Source of the DNA: a virus | Taxonomy: Duplodnaviria; Caudoviricetes | Length of the DNA stretch: 52,898 nt | Direction: 5' to 3' (one strand) | IMG/VR virus record: IMGVR_UViG_3300036832_000092 | Location: 1-52,898 of that record | In this document: piece by piece, positions 1-9,762 of the stretch | How the letters are laid out: each line of letters starts with the position of its first letter | Position numbering within the stretch: position 1 is the first letter of the stretch | Notes under the pieces: generated by a model | The model's database searches: none | What the model saw: only the letters and a program-made list of their open reading frames with translations | What the model was told of the DNA's origin: nothing | Position numbers and translations under genes: made by a program

Positions 1-278
1 TTGGTGCTGATATTGCTGAGCATCAGCAACGTGCACAGAATCTGCTTGACGTTGCAACGCCAAAGATTCTTGAGTATGAATTCTGGAATGGCTTGCTAGC
101 ACAACAGGCTGGCTATGAGAATTTGTACTTGAGGCAGAGTAGCGATGTTGATGTCTACACCGCCACATCTGTTGTTGAGGCCATCGCCATCTGTGAGTCA
201 TACCTTGCACAAATGACTTACGGCGGACGCGGGATGATCCACATCCCCGCATGGGTCTCGGCATATCTGCCGGCTGGT
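1..278. repeat. Terminal direct repeat (copy 1), circular-assembly overlap
   Basis: Identical to 52621-52898 except 128 C/T and 167 A/C. Confidence 0.97.
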
Positions 279-581
279 GGAATGCGACGTGAAGGCAATC
301 TGGTGTTGACGATTCGTGACACCATCATTGTCCCTGGTTCTGGGTACACTGATGGCCCTGTTGCACCTGGTAAGCCACCTGCGCCATCTGGGACTTTCTC
401 CATCTACGCCACAGGCATTACGGATGTGCGAGTTGGGTCAGTCGTCCCTTGGCCTGAAGGTGACATGTACCAAGCGGTCAACAGAGCTACAAACACAGCA
501 GAGACGCGAGCATACAGAATGGCATGCGCTTCATTCGATGGAGTGGCATTCGCTCGTGTTGACGCCACGATAACATTGTGA
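1..581 (+). CDS. 3' part of putative major capsid pentamer protein (gene starts at 52326 and wraps the junction, ~291 aa)
   Basis: ORF 93..581 is in frame with ATG 52326 across the terminal repeat; lies between major capsid and major tail genes as in cluster B-like phages. Confidence 0.7.
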   Translation, partial: GADIAEHQQRAQNLLDVATPKILEYEFWNGLLAQQAGYENLYLRQSSDVDVYTATSVVEAIAICESYLAQMTYGGRGMIHIPAWVSAYLPAGGMRREGNLVLTIRDTIIVPGSGYTDGPVAPGKPPAPSGTFSIYATGITDVRVGSVVPWPEGDMYQAVNRATNTAETRAYRMACASFDGVAFARVDATITL

Positions 582-591
582 GGAGGAACAG

Positions 592-1440
592 ATGACCAAT
601 CAGGCTGGTGCCTCGCTCCAATGCGTGGCGATCAGAGTTACTGCTCTGGATGCCGGTGGAGTGCCAGCGCCAGGTAATAACATGTACGTGTCTGATCAAT
701 TGGTCAAGATCGACTTCAACCCAGATATGGAAGCTGGTCAAGAGATCAGCAACCGTGGGGCGTCAGGTAACCTCTGTGTGGTCTACCGCACACCTGACCT
801 CATGAAGCGATTGACGATTGAGCTGGAACTGTGCGTGCCTGACCCTGAGCTGGAGGTTTTGCTCAGTGGCGGCAAGGTGTTCTATGACACGACTGATACA
901 ACTGATGTCGTGGGATTCAAGTATCCGCCATTGATGGTGGACCCCACGCCTAACGGAATCTCAGTCGAGGCATGGACACGATATGTTGTGGATGGCTATC
1001 AACCAACAGATCAGCCATTCATGTGGTGGACATTCCCACGGATGTATCTGCGCAAAGGCAACCGCACAATCGACGTCAACGCGATGGCGAATGTGTATGA
1101 TGGCTTTGCGGTTGAGAATCCATCATGGGATGATGGTCCATTGAACGACTGGGATCAGGACAGCGATGCCGTTGTTCAGGCCGTGTTCGCAGATACGGTT
1201 CCACAGGCAACCATCGGTATCCAGAAGGTGCCTGGTAGCGTCAGTGCTACAGGTGCAAACGCAGGAACGCCAGGCACATTCACGCCTAGCGGTGCGACAG
1301 CGCCAGCAGACCTTGCTGCGATGTCCTCTGTAGCGGCTGCACCGACGACTGCGTGGACCACAGGCCAGTACGTTGTGCTGGGTGACTCCAGCGATGCGTT
1401 CTGGGATGGATCGCAATGGCAAGTTGGTAGTGCCCCGTAA
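592..1440 (+). CDS. Major tail (tube) protein
   Basis: GAGGAGG RBS; 282 aa; resembles actinophage tail tube proteins (RVTALD..G, LELCVPDPEL, WWTFP); position in module. Confidence 0.8.
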   Translation: MTNQAGASLQCVAIRVTALDAGGVPAPGNNMYVSDQLVKIDFNPDMEAGQEISNRGASGNLCVVYRTPDLMKRLTIELELCVPDPELEVLLSGGKVFYDTTDTTDVVGFKYPPLMVDPTPNGISVEAWTRYVVDGYQPTDQPFMWWTFPRMYLRKGNRTIDVNAMANVYDGFAVENPSWDDGPLNDWDQDSDAVVQAVFADTVPQATIGIQKVPGSVSATGANAGTPGTFTPSGATAPADLAAMSSVAAAPTTAWTTGQYVVLGDSSDAFWDGSQWQVGSAP

Positions 1441-1455
1441 GCTAGCCAAGTAGGG

Positions 1456-2316
1456 TTGGTTGAAATGACGTCACTTGTCCAGAGTCAAGACGGTTGGGTC
1501 ACCAAGGAGCAAGTTGTTGCGCGGCTAGGCGCAGAAGCTCCAAAGGATGCCTCTGGGCAAGTGACGCTCGATGATTCAATGCAGGCAGCGGTCGAATTGC
1601 TGTACTCATTGAGTGGGCGTCAATACCCAGGCACAGTGAGCGCTGTTGTTCGTCCGACTTCAAAGCCAGCACAAGTCACAGACATGATGTGGAATCGCAA
1701 TCTTTTGACTGCGGGATTTGGATATGCCTTTGGCTGGAATCCGTCATGGATGTGGGGACTTTGTGCGGGGTGTGGCTATGGCGCTGGGTGCTGTGGGCCC
1801 ACGTCAATTGGCCTTGGCCGTAGTCCAATAATTGGCATCAATGAGGTGATGATTGATGGTGAAGTCATTGACCCCAGTGAGTATCGCATTGACGATGGAA
1901 AGTGGTTGGTCAGGCAAGTATGCTGTGACGGTTGGCCAACATGTCAAGATATGTCATGTCCGCTTGGTGAGCCAAACACATTCGGTGTTGATTTCAAATT
2001 CGGGCAAAACCCACCGGTAGCAGGCCAAATAGCAGCAACAATCCTTGCGTCTGAATTCTACAAGGCCGCAACTCCTGGCCTGGCCTGCTCGCTCCCCACC
2101 CGCATTACCAGCATTACCAGGCAAGGCATTTCATTCGCGATCTTGGATCCACAGACATTCTTGACTGATGGATTGACCGGCAATTACCAAGTCGATTTAT
2201 TCATCAAGGCATACAATCCGAACAAGCAAATCCGCAGGCCGATGGTTTGGTCCCCTGATATCGCCAACATTGCTCGCAGAGATACAACACCAACTGTTCA
2301 ACCAACGGGGCAATGA
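1456..2316 (+). CDS. Head-to-tail adaptor
   Basis: LYSLSGRQY, Cys-rich middle and CSLPTRITSITRQGIS motifs as in cluster B-like adaptors; start may be ATG 1465. Confidence 0.75.
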   Translation: MVEMTSLVQSQDGWVTKEQVVARLGAEAPKDASGQVTLDDSMQAAVELLYSLSGRQYPGTVSAVVRPTSKPAQVTDMMWNRNLLTAGFGYAFGWNPSWMWGLCAGCGYGAGCCGPTSIGLGRSPIIGINEVMIDGEVIDPSEYRIDDGKWLVRQVCCDGWPTCQDMSCPLGEPNTFGVDFKFGQNPPVAGQIAATILASEFYKAATPGLACSLPTRITSITRQGISFAILDPQTFLTDGLTGNYQVDLFIKAYNPNKQIRRPMVWSPDIANIARRDTTPTVQPTGQ

Positions 2317-2817
2317 ATGATCTACGATCTGGCGACAAAGTTGCTTGGGCTGGTTGATGATCAGCTTACAGAGCTGGGAATTGCGACGCCTGAACGTCAG
2401 TACCTTGCGCCTGGCGCCAATGTGGTATTTGATTGTGAGCAATTGACCATCAGAATTGCTCGCATCATACCTGGCGTACAAGGCGCAGATACTCCATATC
2501 CAGTCGTGACGCATAGCAAGTTGCGTAAGACTGCTGAGCTGTTCGTGACGTTGGTCAGATGCGTGCCTAGCATGAATGATGATGGCTCACCGCCATCAGT
2601 TGCTGATTACACTGCCGCGGCTGAGGTTTCATTCAACGATGCGATGGCGTTGCGTATTGCGTTGGAAAACATCGAGCATCAGCATCTGCTTGTGCCACGG
2701 AATGTGTCTGTAACCGTTGGGCAATTGAATACCATGGGGCCATTGGGTGGGTTTGCCGCAGTTGAGATGATGTATAGCGTTGAGCTTGTCAGCAATCCAA
2801 CTGGGTGGGTGGGATGA
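2317..2817 (+). CDS. Putative tail terminator / virion structural protein
   Basis: Directly follows the adaptor; DCEQL..R and LVRCVP motifs. Confidence 0.55.
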   Translation: MIYDLATKLLGLVDDQLTELGIATPERQYLAPGANVVFDCEQLTIRIARIIPGVQGADTPYPVVTHSKLRKTAELFVTLVRCVPSMNDDGSPPSVADYTAAAEVSFNDAMALRIALENIEHQHLLVPRNVSVTVGQLNTMGPLGGFAAVEMMYSVELVSNPTGWVG

Positions 2818-2818
2818 T

Positions 2819-3268
2819 ATGGCTTCATTCTCTGGCCGTATCAACAATGGCCCTGGTTACAAGATCATCTTGGATAGCAGGGCAATAGATGAAATGCTGC
2901 GTGGCCCCAATGGCTATGTGATGCGTGATCTGATTCGTCGTGCTGAGATGCTACAGACTTTGGCCAAGGAGCAATGCGGATTCGGCTCTGGTAATGATCC
3001 TCATGGACATTTGCGAGACAGCATCGTCAAGCGCATTGTGTCTGGCGGCTCGGGAACGCCATATGTGATGGTTGGTAGCGCGCACCCAATTGCGTTGATT
3101 CATCATGACGGTACTGCACCCCACGTAATTGTACCAAGGAATGCGACAGTGTTGGCATTCCCTTCCGATCGGTCGCCGAGTGGAATGGCGTTCGCAAAGA
3201 GAGTCAACCATCCAGGCACAAAGCCCAACAGGTATCTGACGGACAACCTGCCACGAGTCGCAAACTGA
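2819..3268 (+). CDS. Putative tail completion / neck protein (HK97 gp10-like)
   Basis: GHLRDSI, HDGTAPHVI, VNHPGTKPNRYL motifs. Confidence 0.7.
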   Translation: MASFSGRINNGPGYKIILDSRAIDEMLRGPNGYVMRDLIRRAEMLQTLAKEQCGFGSGNDPHGHLRDSIVKRIVSGGSGTPYVMVGSAHPIALIHHDGTAPHVIVPRNATVLAFPSDRSPSGMAFAKRVNHPGTKPNRYLTDNLPRVAN

Positions 3269-3277
3269 GGATTGCCC

Positions 3278-3631
3278 ATGTCTACCAAGCAATTCAGAGC
3301 GCCACGCAACACAAGTCCGCCTCTGGACTTTGAGATCACGTATGAGCAGCTCATTGATGATGAATGGATTGAGCAAACGTCCAAATTCCAGGCTCGACCA
3401 AGATTGCCCGGACATCAATTGATGAAGATCACAACGGCAATGCAAGCTGGAGTTGCGGTTCAGTCAGCTGAAATGATCAGCATGTTACAGGGCGCAATCA
3501 CGCCTGCGTATCATGAGGAATTCATGAAACTCATCGATGATCCAGACATCGCAATTCCAATTGAAACGCTTGCCGACATTCTCATTTGGTTAGCTGAGGA
3601 ATACACTGGCCGCCCTACGCAACTGGCCTAA
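3278..3631 (+). CDS. Tail assembly chaperone (short form)
   Basis: Two ORFs upstream of tape measure; ends WLAEEYTGRPT. Confidence 0.75.
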   Translation: MSTKQFRAPRNTSPPLDFEITYEQLIDDEWIEQTSKFQARPRLPGHQLMKITTAMQAGVAVQSAEMISMLQGAITPAYHEEFMKLIDDPDIAIPIETLADILIWLAEEYTGRPTQLA

Positions 3632-3957
3632 CTCTGCTGAGTTGGGTCGAGGAGAATTGGTCTGATTTCAATGGCCGATTGATCAGGAATGGAGTTGATT
3701 GGGAAGAATTAGATGCGGCTGATCTTTGTGATGTTGTCTACACTATGATCATTGATGATATCATGGAGTATGGTGCAGCCAGAGTCGAGGCACGAGAGAT
3801 CATCGACAAACGTTTGAAGGATAACCTGATGCGCATGAATGCCAGGCAAGGCATAAAGCAAGAGCCTGAGCCATTCAAGCTTGATCCATCATTAGCAGCC
3901 AAGATGGGCATCAAACTTCAGACTCTAGCTCAGTCCCCGCAGGAGGTGAAGCCATGA
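3598..3957 (+). CDS. Tail assembly chaperone extension, probably reached by -1 frameshift
   Basis: -1 frame is open from 3598, overlaps the upstream ORF end and has no clear RBS. Confidence 0.6.
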   Translation, partial: GIHWPPYATGLTLLSWVEENWSDFNGRLIRNGVDWEELDAADLCDVVYTMIIDDIMEYGAARVEAREIIDKRLKDNLMRMNARQGIKQEPEPFKLDPSLAAKMGIKLQTLAQSPQEVKP

Positions 3958-6524
3958 CAGTTATTGGTGAAGCCTACATCATGATCAAGGGTGTGTCTGA
4001 GGGCGATTCCGGTGTAAGCAAAATTGAAGGACAAATTTCTGGCGTTGGTGCATCTGCCGAGAAATCAAGTGGTCGTGCCAGGGCTGCATTCAAGTCAATG
4101 GGCACAGCGCTTGGCTCTGCGTTTGGTCCGGCATTCCAGCCGATTCAAGAAGTCATGGACAAGTTTGATGAGCTTGATATCCATGGAGGAAAGCTCAAGG
4201 ATAATGTCGGCAAATATGCATTAGGCATTGGTGCTGCAATGACTGGCGCCGGTACACTTTTGACGACTGTGTCTGATAAAGACAAAGTATCAATGGGACA
4301 ACTTGAGCAAGCGGTCAAGAATGCCGGTGGCGATTGGGAGAAGTACAAGGACAAGACTGAAGAGGTAGTCAAATCACAAGAGAAATATGGGCATACTGCC
4401 GTTGAGACATCTGGTGCTTTGAACGATCTTGTGACCAAAACGCACAATGTACATGATTCATATGAGAATATGCAGTTGGTTGCTGACGTTGCCGCTCAGA
4501 AGAATACCAGCTTGTCGTCTGCTGCATCTATTGTAGCCAAGGTGATGAATGGTAATACAAAGACGCTCAAGCAGTATGGCATCACGCAAGACGACATCAA
4601 CAAGAAGCTTGATACTGGCGCAATTCATACCAAGAATCTCCAGATGGCCCAGGCATTACAAGGAGTGGAAGCAAACAAGAATGCGTTGGCTGCGCTGAAG
4701 ACTCGTGATGCTCGTCTCAAGGAGATATTGGCAACAACTCAAGACAAAGGCCAGCAAGAATTATTGCGCAAGGAGATAGCCAAGGATTCAGATACACGTT
4801 CAAAGCTAACAGATGCGATGGGCAAGAACAAGGATAGGGCAAGTGCACTAAAGGCAGAACTCAAGCAATTGACTACTGGCCAAAAGGCAGGGGTGGCCGG
4901 TACTGAGTTGCTTGCGGAGAAGATGAAGGGCCAAGCAGCAATCGCTGCTGATACATTCTCTGGTAAGATGAAGGAAGTCAGAGCTAAGATTGAAGATTTT
5001 ATTGGTACCGTTGGGCAAAAGCTTGGACCAGCGCTCCAAATAGCCGGACCTGCCATGATGGGCTTTGGCGCTATTGTTGAATCTGGAATTGTAGGCAAGA
5101 TCGGCAATGGTATTGGCAAGATCAAAGAATTCATGAGCATGGAGAAGCTTGCTGGCGTTGCGACAAAGGTATGGACTGGTATTCAAGCAGCATTCAACAT
5201 AGTCATGGACGCCAACCCAATTGTGCTTGTGGGAGTAGCAATCACTGCCTTGGTTGGCGTTCTTGTTCTGGCATACCTCAAGTTCAAGCCATTCCATGAT
5301 TTGATCAACGCCATTGCTAGTGACATCAAGAAGTTCTTCATTGGCGCATTTGATGTTGTAATCAACGCATTCCATAGTTTCATCAACGCATTTGAAACAG
5401 TTTGGAAGTTTATACTTGACATCGTCAAGAAGTATTGGCCAATCATCCTTGCCGTGATATTGCCATTCGTTGGCATTCCAGTATTGATCATGCAAAACTG
5501 GAACAAGATCGTTAGCTTCTTTGAGAATCTGTGGGGCACGGTATCACAAATCTTCCAGAATGTCGTTGCGTGGTTTGGTCATTTACCATCAAGGATCATA
5601 ACTGCGCTGGGCAATATCGGCACAAAGGTTTGGTCTGCAATTCAAGCAGGCGTACAACACTTTGCTGATAAATTCATTGCGGTTGGCAAATCGCTCATTT
5701 CATACTTTGGCAAATTCGCCAGTCGCGTAATCAGCGGCATCGGCAATCTTGGTGCAAAAATATGGACCAATGTCTCGACAGGCCTGGGGAATTTGACCAA
5801 TGCCTTCACCAACTGGATTGGCAGAGCAGTTGATTGGTTTGGTACATTGCCAAACAAGGTCGTCAATGCAATTGGTAATATTGGCTCTGCTATCTGGAGT
5901 TCGGTTACATCAGGCTTGAATAACTTCATCAGTCACGTCACAAATTGGACTAGCAATATCGCCAACTATTTCGGCAACCTGCCGAGCAAAATCATTTCAG
6001 CTATTGGCAATCTAGGTTCCAAGATTTGGAATGGAGTCAGGGGTGGCCTTAGCACTATCAAGACTAATATTGTCAACGCATTCTCTGGCGCCGGATCATG
6101 GTTGCTTTCAGCTGGTAGTGATGTGGTCAGTGGCTTCATTCATGGCATCGAGAATATGTTTGGTAGCGTTGTGGATACTGCCAAGAGTTTGATCTCGCAC
6201 CTTGGACATTCTGTGCTGCATGCATTGGGTATCGGATCGCCATCAAAGGTGTATCATGAGATCGGCAAGAATGTCGCTGCTGGTCTCATTCAAGGTCTTG
6301 ATCATAGTCATGGCGATGTTGGAAATGCTGGTCGCCGACTGGTCAATGCTGTGATCCACAAGGATGGTGGCACAATTGGTGTGCCTATGCATGCGAATGC
6401 TGCGGGTGCTGGTGGCGGTCGGGTAATCAACTTGTTCCCCAATGCAATCATTGACTTTGGCAAGGAAAGCCCAGCGTCAATTGTCCAGCGCTTGCAGAGC
6501 GCAATTGTGGCGAGTAGGCTGTGA
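3954..6524 (+). CDS. Tape measure protein
   Basis: 856 aa; starts IGEAYI; ANPI hydrophobic segment, W/F periodic repeats, LGIGSPSKV near C-terminus. Confidence 0.93.
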   Translation: MTVIGEAYIMIKGVSEGDSGVSKIEGQISGVGASAEKSSGRARAAFKSMGTALGSAFGPAFQPIQEVMDKFDELDIHGGKLKDNVGKYALGIGAAMTGAGTLLTTVSDKDKVSMGQLEQAVKNAGGDWEKYKDKTEEVVKSQEKYGHTAVETSGALNDLVTKTHNVHDSYENMQLVADVAAQKNTSLSSAASIVAKVMNGNTKTLKQYGITQDDINKKLDTGAIHTKNLQMAQALQGVEANKNALAALKTRDARLKEILATTQDKGQQELLRKEIAKDSDTRSKLTDAMGKNKDRASALKAELKQLTTGQKAGVAGTELLAEKMKGQAAIAADTFSGKMKEVRAKIEDFIGTVGQKLGPALQIAGPAMMGFGAIVESGIVGKIGNGIGKIKEFMSMEKLAGVATKVWTGIQAAFNIVMDANPIVLVGVAITALVGVLVLAYLKFKPFHDLINAIASDIKKFFIGAFDVVINAFHSFINAFETVWKFILDIVKKYWPIILAVILPFVGIPVLIMQNWNKIVSFFENLWGTVSQIFQNVVAWFGHLPSRIITALGNIGTKVWSAIQAGVQHFADKFIAVGKSLISYFGKFASRVISGIGNLGAKIWTNVSTGLGNLTNAFTNWIGRAVDWFGTLPNKVVNAIGNIGSAIWSSVTSGLNNFISHVTNWTSNIANYFGNLPSKIISAIGNLGSKIWNGVRGGLSTIKTNIVNAFSGAGSWLLSAGSDVVSGFIHGIENMFGSVVDTAKSLISHLGHSVLHALGIGSPSKVYHEIGKNVAAGLIQGLDHSHGDVGNAGRRLVNAVIHKDGGTIGVPMHANAAGAGGGRVINLFPNAIIDFGKESPASIVQRLQSAIVASRL

Positions 6525-6525
6525 C

Positions 6526-7428
6526 ATGACAACTACAGCGAGACTTGTGGATGAGATCACTGGCGATGTAATTTGGCTTGAGCTAGATGATGGCGATCCA
6601 CAACACTGTGCTGGCTCTATCATCACTGGAATGATTGACTATGGCTTTGCTGGTCCACGTGTGTCGCAATTCGATATCCCAGATACAAATGGTACAACTG
6701 ATCTCACTGAGTACCATGGTGATAAGACAGTCACCTGGAATGGCTGGATTGTACCGACAGACTCGGACCCATTTCCCGCATTAGTGTGGGATCAAATTCG
6801 CAAATTGTGTGCGCCAAATCGTCGTCCATGGATGTTTGTCCAAGAGGATGGTTGGCCAGAAGAGCGTCGCATGGTAATGCGTTGCGACTCATTGACGTCG
6901 CCACTTGACAGGCAATACGGTCCTGTGATTGTTGCGGCTATTACGTGGAAAGTCCCAAGCGGTGTAATGGAGTCAAGTGACCTTCATCAGCAAGATAGCC
7001 TTATCAGTGGCGGAACGGGTGGAATGTGCATCACCAAAACTGGTTATTGTTTTGACAAATCCGGCTGTAGTAGTTTTGGCCCTGGCAGTTTTGGTGGCGC
7101 TAGCATTATCACTAATGCTGGTACTGTTGTTACATACCCTATCATTGTCTTCACCGGGCCAGCTAAGAATCCCAGAGTATATGACCCAGAGACCAACCTC
7201 GGCATCTATCTCAATACAACACTCAACCCCAATCAGCAAGTCGTCATTGATACCCTTCATCGTACCGTTCAAGAGATAGCTCAGCCAACGCCCATAAACA
7301 GGCTTGCTTGGTATGACTATACAAAGTCATCATGGTTGACACTTGAAGCTGGCGATAATGAGTTCACATACTTGTCTGATGACAAGCGCGGCATTTGTAC
7401 CTTCTATTGGCGAGATAGGTGGACCTGA
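6526..7428 (+). CDS. Distal tail (Dit-like) minor tail protein
   Basis: Follows tape measure; NAGTVVTYP..GPAKNP and L.AGDNEF motifs. Confidence 0.8.
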   Translation: MTTTARLVDEITGDVIWLELDDGDPQHCAGSIITGMIDYGFAGPRVSQFDIPDTNGTTDLTEYHGDKTVTWNGWIVPTDSDPFPALVWDQIRKLCAPNRRPWMFVQEDGWPEERRMVMRCDSLTSPLDRQYGPVIVAAITWKVPSGVMESSDLHQQDSLISGGTGGMCITKTGYCFDKSGCSSFGPGSFGGASIITNAGTVVTYPIIVFTGPAKNPRVYDPETNLGIYLNTTLNPNQQVVIDTLHRTVQEIAQPTPINRLAWYDYTKSSWLTLEAGDNEFTYLSDDKRGICTFYWRDRWT

Positions 7429-8387
7429 TGTCAAGTCCAGTCATCGTTGAGGGCGACCTCACACCACTATACATGCAGCCTGGTACAGATGCTGCTGATC
7501 CGGCAACGATTTGCTATGGCGCGTCTGACTATCGACAGCTCATCGCTGCTGTATTCCAATCACCGGGTGTATTGGGTTCTGGTGATTGGCAAATTACCAG
7601 CAGCAATACGGCAGCTGTGAATATTGGTATTGGCTCTGCTGTTGTTGCTGGTACATCTGCTGCTGAACAACGCAGCTATTTGTGCCGCAATGCAGCAATC
7701 AAAGCAATACAGCCGCCTGGACCGCCAAACACCAACAACAGATATGACCTGATTTGCCTTACGGCGCATGATGGTCAAATCCTTGGCGACCATCTGTATG
7801 AATGGCAAATCCAATGTTTGAGCGGGGCCGAGGCTACTTCGCCCACCGTCCCCGCATTACCAAAAGATAGCATTGCTTTGGCTGCGATTCTTCGCAAGCC
7901 AGCAACAGCCAACATCGCCAGTGGTGATATCAGCGATTTGCGAGCATTCGCATTGCTACCAACACAACCGCAGAATCTGCGGTACTGGAAGGTTGAGGCA
8001 ACCAGCGCTGGTACATCTGTATCGGCAGCAGCGCCCAAGATCGACAACTTACCATTCCTCAAGTTGAATGTCACAGATGCGACCAAGATCTATCGCGTGA
8101 TGTTCATCGGCGCATTCTTTGTGGCTGCCAACGGATCTGCTGGTATTGCTGCGATCAAGGATGGTGGCGCAAATAACCCAGTACTAGCAAGCACGAGTAT
8201 TGCGACTGTCTATGGCCCAGGCACAACTGGCACAAACCAGACCAAGACAGTTTCACTCTTTGTAGACATGACGTTCAGCGTTGGTACACATACGCTTGGT
8301 CTTTGGACGAGCATCAATGGTGGCGGCAGTGGCCACTGTGATGGAGCGACGGCCTTCAAGAAGCAATTGGCTGTGTCATTGCTGTGA
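7428..8387 (+). CDS. Minor tail protein
   Basis: TGATG overlap; NRYDLI and IALAAI..DISDLR motifs. Confidence 0.7.
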   Translation: MSSPVIVEGDLTPLYMQPGTDAADPATICYGASDYRQLIAAVFQSPGVLGSGDWQITSSNTAAVNIGIGSAVVAGTSAAEQRSYLCRNAAIKAIQPPGPPNTNNRYDLICLTAHDGQILGDHLYEWQIQCLSGAEATSPTVPALPKDSIALAAILRKPATANIASGDISDLRAFALLPTQPQNLRYWKVEATSAGTSVSAAAPKIDNLPFLKLNVTDATKIYRVMFIGAFFVAANGSAGIAAIKDGGANNPVLASTSIATVYGPGTTGTNQTKTVSLFVDMTFSVGTHTLGLWTSINGGGSGHCDGATAFKKQLAVSLL

Positions 8388-9535
8388 CTCTCGACCTCAG
8401 CGAAGTCATTGACAGGCTTGGTAGGCCTGTAATTGACCCATCTGCTGGGCCAGTACCATCGCCATCACCCATACGAAATTTGCCTGTTACAAGTTGGCAA
8501 ATCGTCATTGGTCCAAATAATGCTGGGCCTCAATATGAATTGACGATGGCTCGACAACGACAATTGGCATTCCATGTTGATGAGTCGGCCACATTGCAAT
8601 TCGCAATTGATGGTAGTGACCCGGCATTACAATACATTACAGAATTGGTCACTGATTGCTGGGTGTATCGAAATGGCGTGCTGCTATTCCGTGGACGCAT
8701 AGGATCAACACAGGATATACTTGACGGTGAGGCTGATACGTATGATGTATCTGTCACCTGTTTTGATTATCGTGAATGGCTCAAGCGACAAGTATTACAT
8801 CTGTCGCACGTTTGGTCATTCCGCAATACAGCGCAATCAGCAATCATCACGGACCTCATCAATTATGCCGTTGTAACTCCATCAGGCATCAAACCAACAA
8901 TCCATTTCGACATGAGCAAAATGCCGACCACCAAGGTCGACTATGATGTAACTGTCGGTTCAAGTACCAATGAAGCCATTGGTAACATGTCTGGTTTTGG
9001 CTGGCAAATATTCCCAGATGCGCCAACGACGTTGATGCTGCGAGCAATCTCTCCATGGTATTACAATATCAATCCAAACTTTGTACTTGAATATGGTAGC
9101 ACAGTCGCCAAGATTACACGCACGCTTGATACTGCTACCTTTGCGAATAGTGTGCTGTATACTGGCGATATGAAGCTCACGCCAATCATGGTCGATGCTC
9201 CAGGCATCGCCACTGCCCCGCAAGGTCGTTTGAGTGTTTGCCTTTCAAATCCATCGATTGTCAAAGCCACCCAATTGCACAATGTAGCAGCAAATGCCGC
9301 AGTTACATTGCAGAATGTAACACCAACGTGGTCATGTGATTTGGCGCCAGGTTCATGGCAATCAAATGTCGATGCCTGGATCGGTGACATTTGTAGGTTT
9401 GTCGTCAAAAAGGGTCGCTTGAATGTCAATGATCAGTACCGCATTACAGATCTGACAATCACCGTTGATGACGATAGTTCGCACGCAGATCAAGTGTCGG
9501 TAATTGTTGCAAAACCCCCATATATCCCAAGCTGA
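8384..9535 (+). CDS. Minor tail protein (Gp37-like / baseplate hub)
   Basis: VYRNGVLLFRGRI motif; position in tail module. Confidence 0.7.
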   Translation: MTLDLSEVIDRLGRPVIDPSAGPVPSPSPIRNLPVTSWQIVIGPNNAGPQYELTMARQRQLAFHVDESATLQFAIDGSDPALQYITELVTDCWVYRNGVLLFRGRIGSTQDILDGEADTYDVSVTCFDYREWLKRQVLHLSHVWSFRNTAQSAIITDLINYAVVTPSGIKPTIHFDMSKMPTTKVDYDVTVGSSTNEAIGNMSGFGWQIFPDAPTTLMLRAISPWYYNINPNFVLEYGSTVAKITRTLDTATFANSVLYTGDMKLTPIMVDAPGIATAPQGRLSVCLSNPSIVKATQLHNVAANAAVTLQNVTPTWSCDLAPGSWQSNVDAWIGDICRFVVKKGRLNVNDQYRITDLTITVDDDSSHADQVSVIVAKPPYIPS

Positions 9536-9546
9536 AGTGAGGCACC

Positions 9547-9759
9547 ATGCCTGATGACCTGAAGAATCGCTTCTCATTCCACCCTGCGACAGACATCACA
9601 GGCCCACAGCATGAAGAAGTGCGTGATCGTTGTTACGCATTGGCGCTATGGCTGTCAGAGAACACACCAGTTGGTCGGCATCAAGCATTGGCATTGACCT
9701 CAATTGAAGAGGCAATGCATTGGGGCAACGCAGCGATTGCGTGTGATACCCAGGAGTAA
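9547..9759 (+). CDS. Acb2/Tad1-like hairpin protein (putative cyclic-nucleotide signal sponge, anti-defence)
   Basis: NRFSFHP..HEEVR..PVGRHQALALTSIEEAMHWGNAAIA matches the family pattern; GAGG RBS. Confidence 0.7.
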   Translation: MPDDLKNRFSFHPATDITGPQHEEVRDRCYALALWLSENTPVGRHQALALTSIEEAMHWGNAAIACDTQE

Positions 9760-9762
9760 CAA

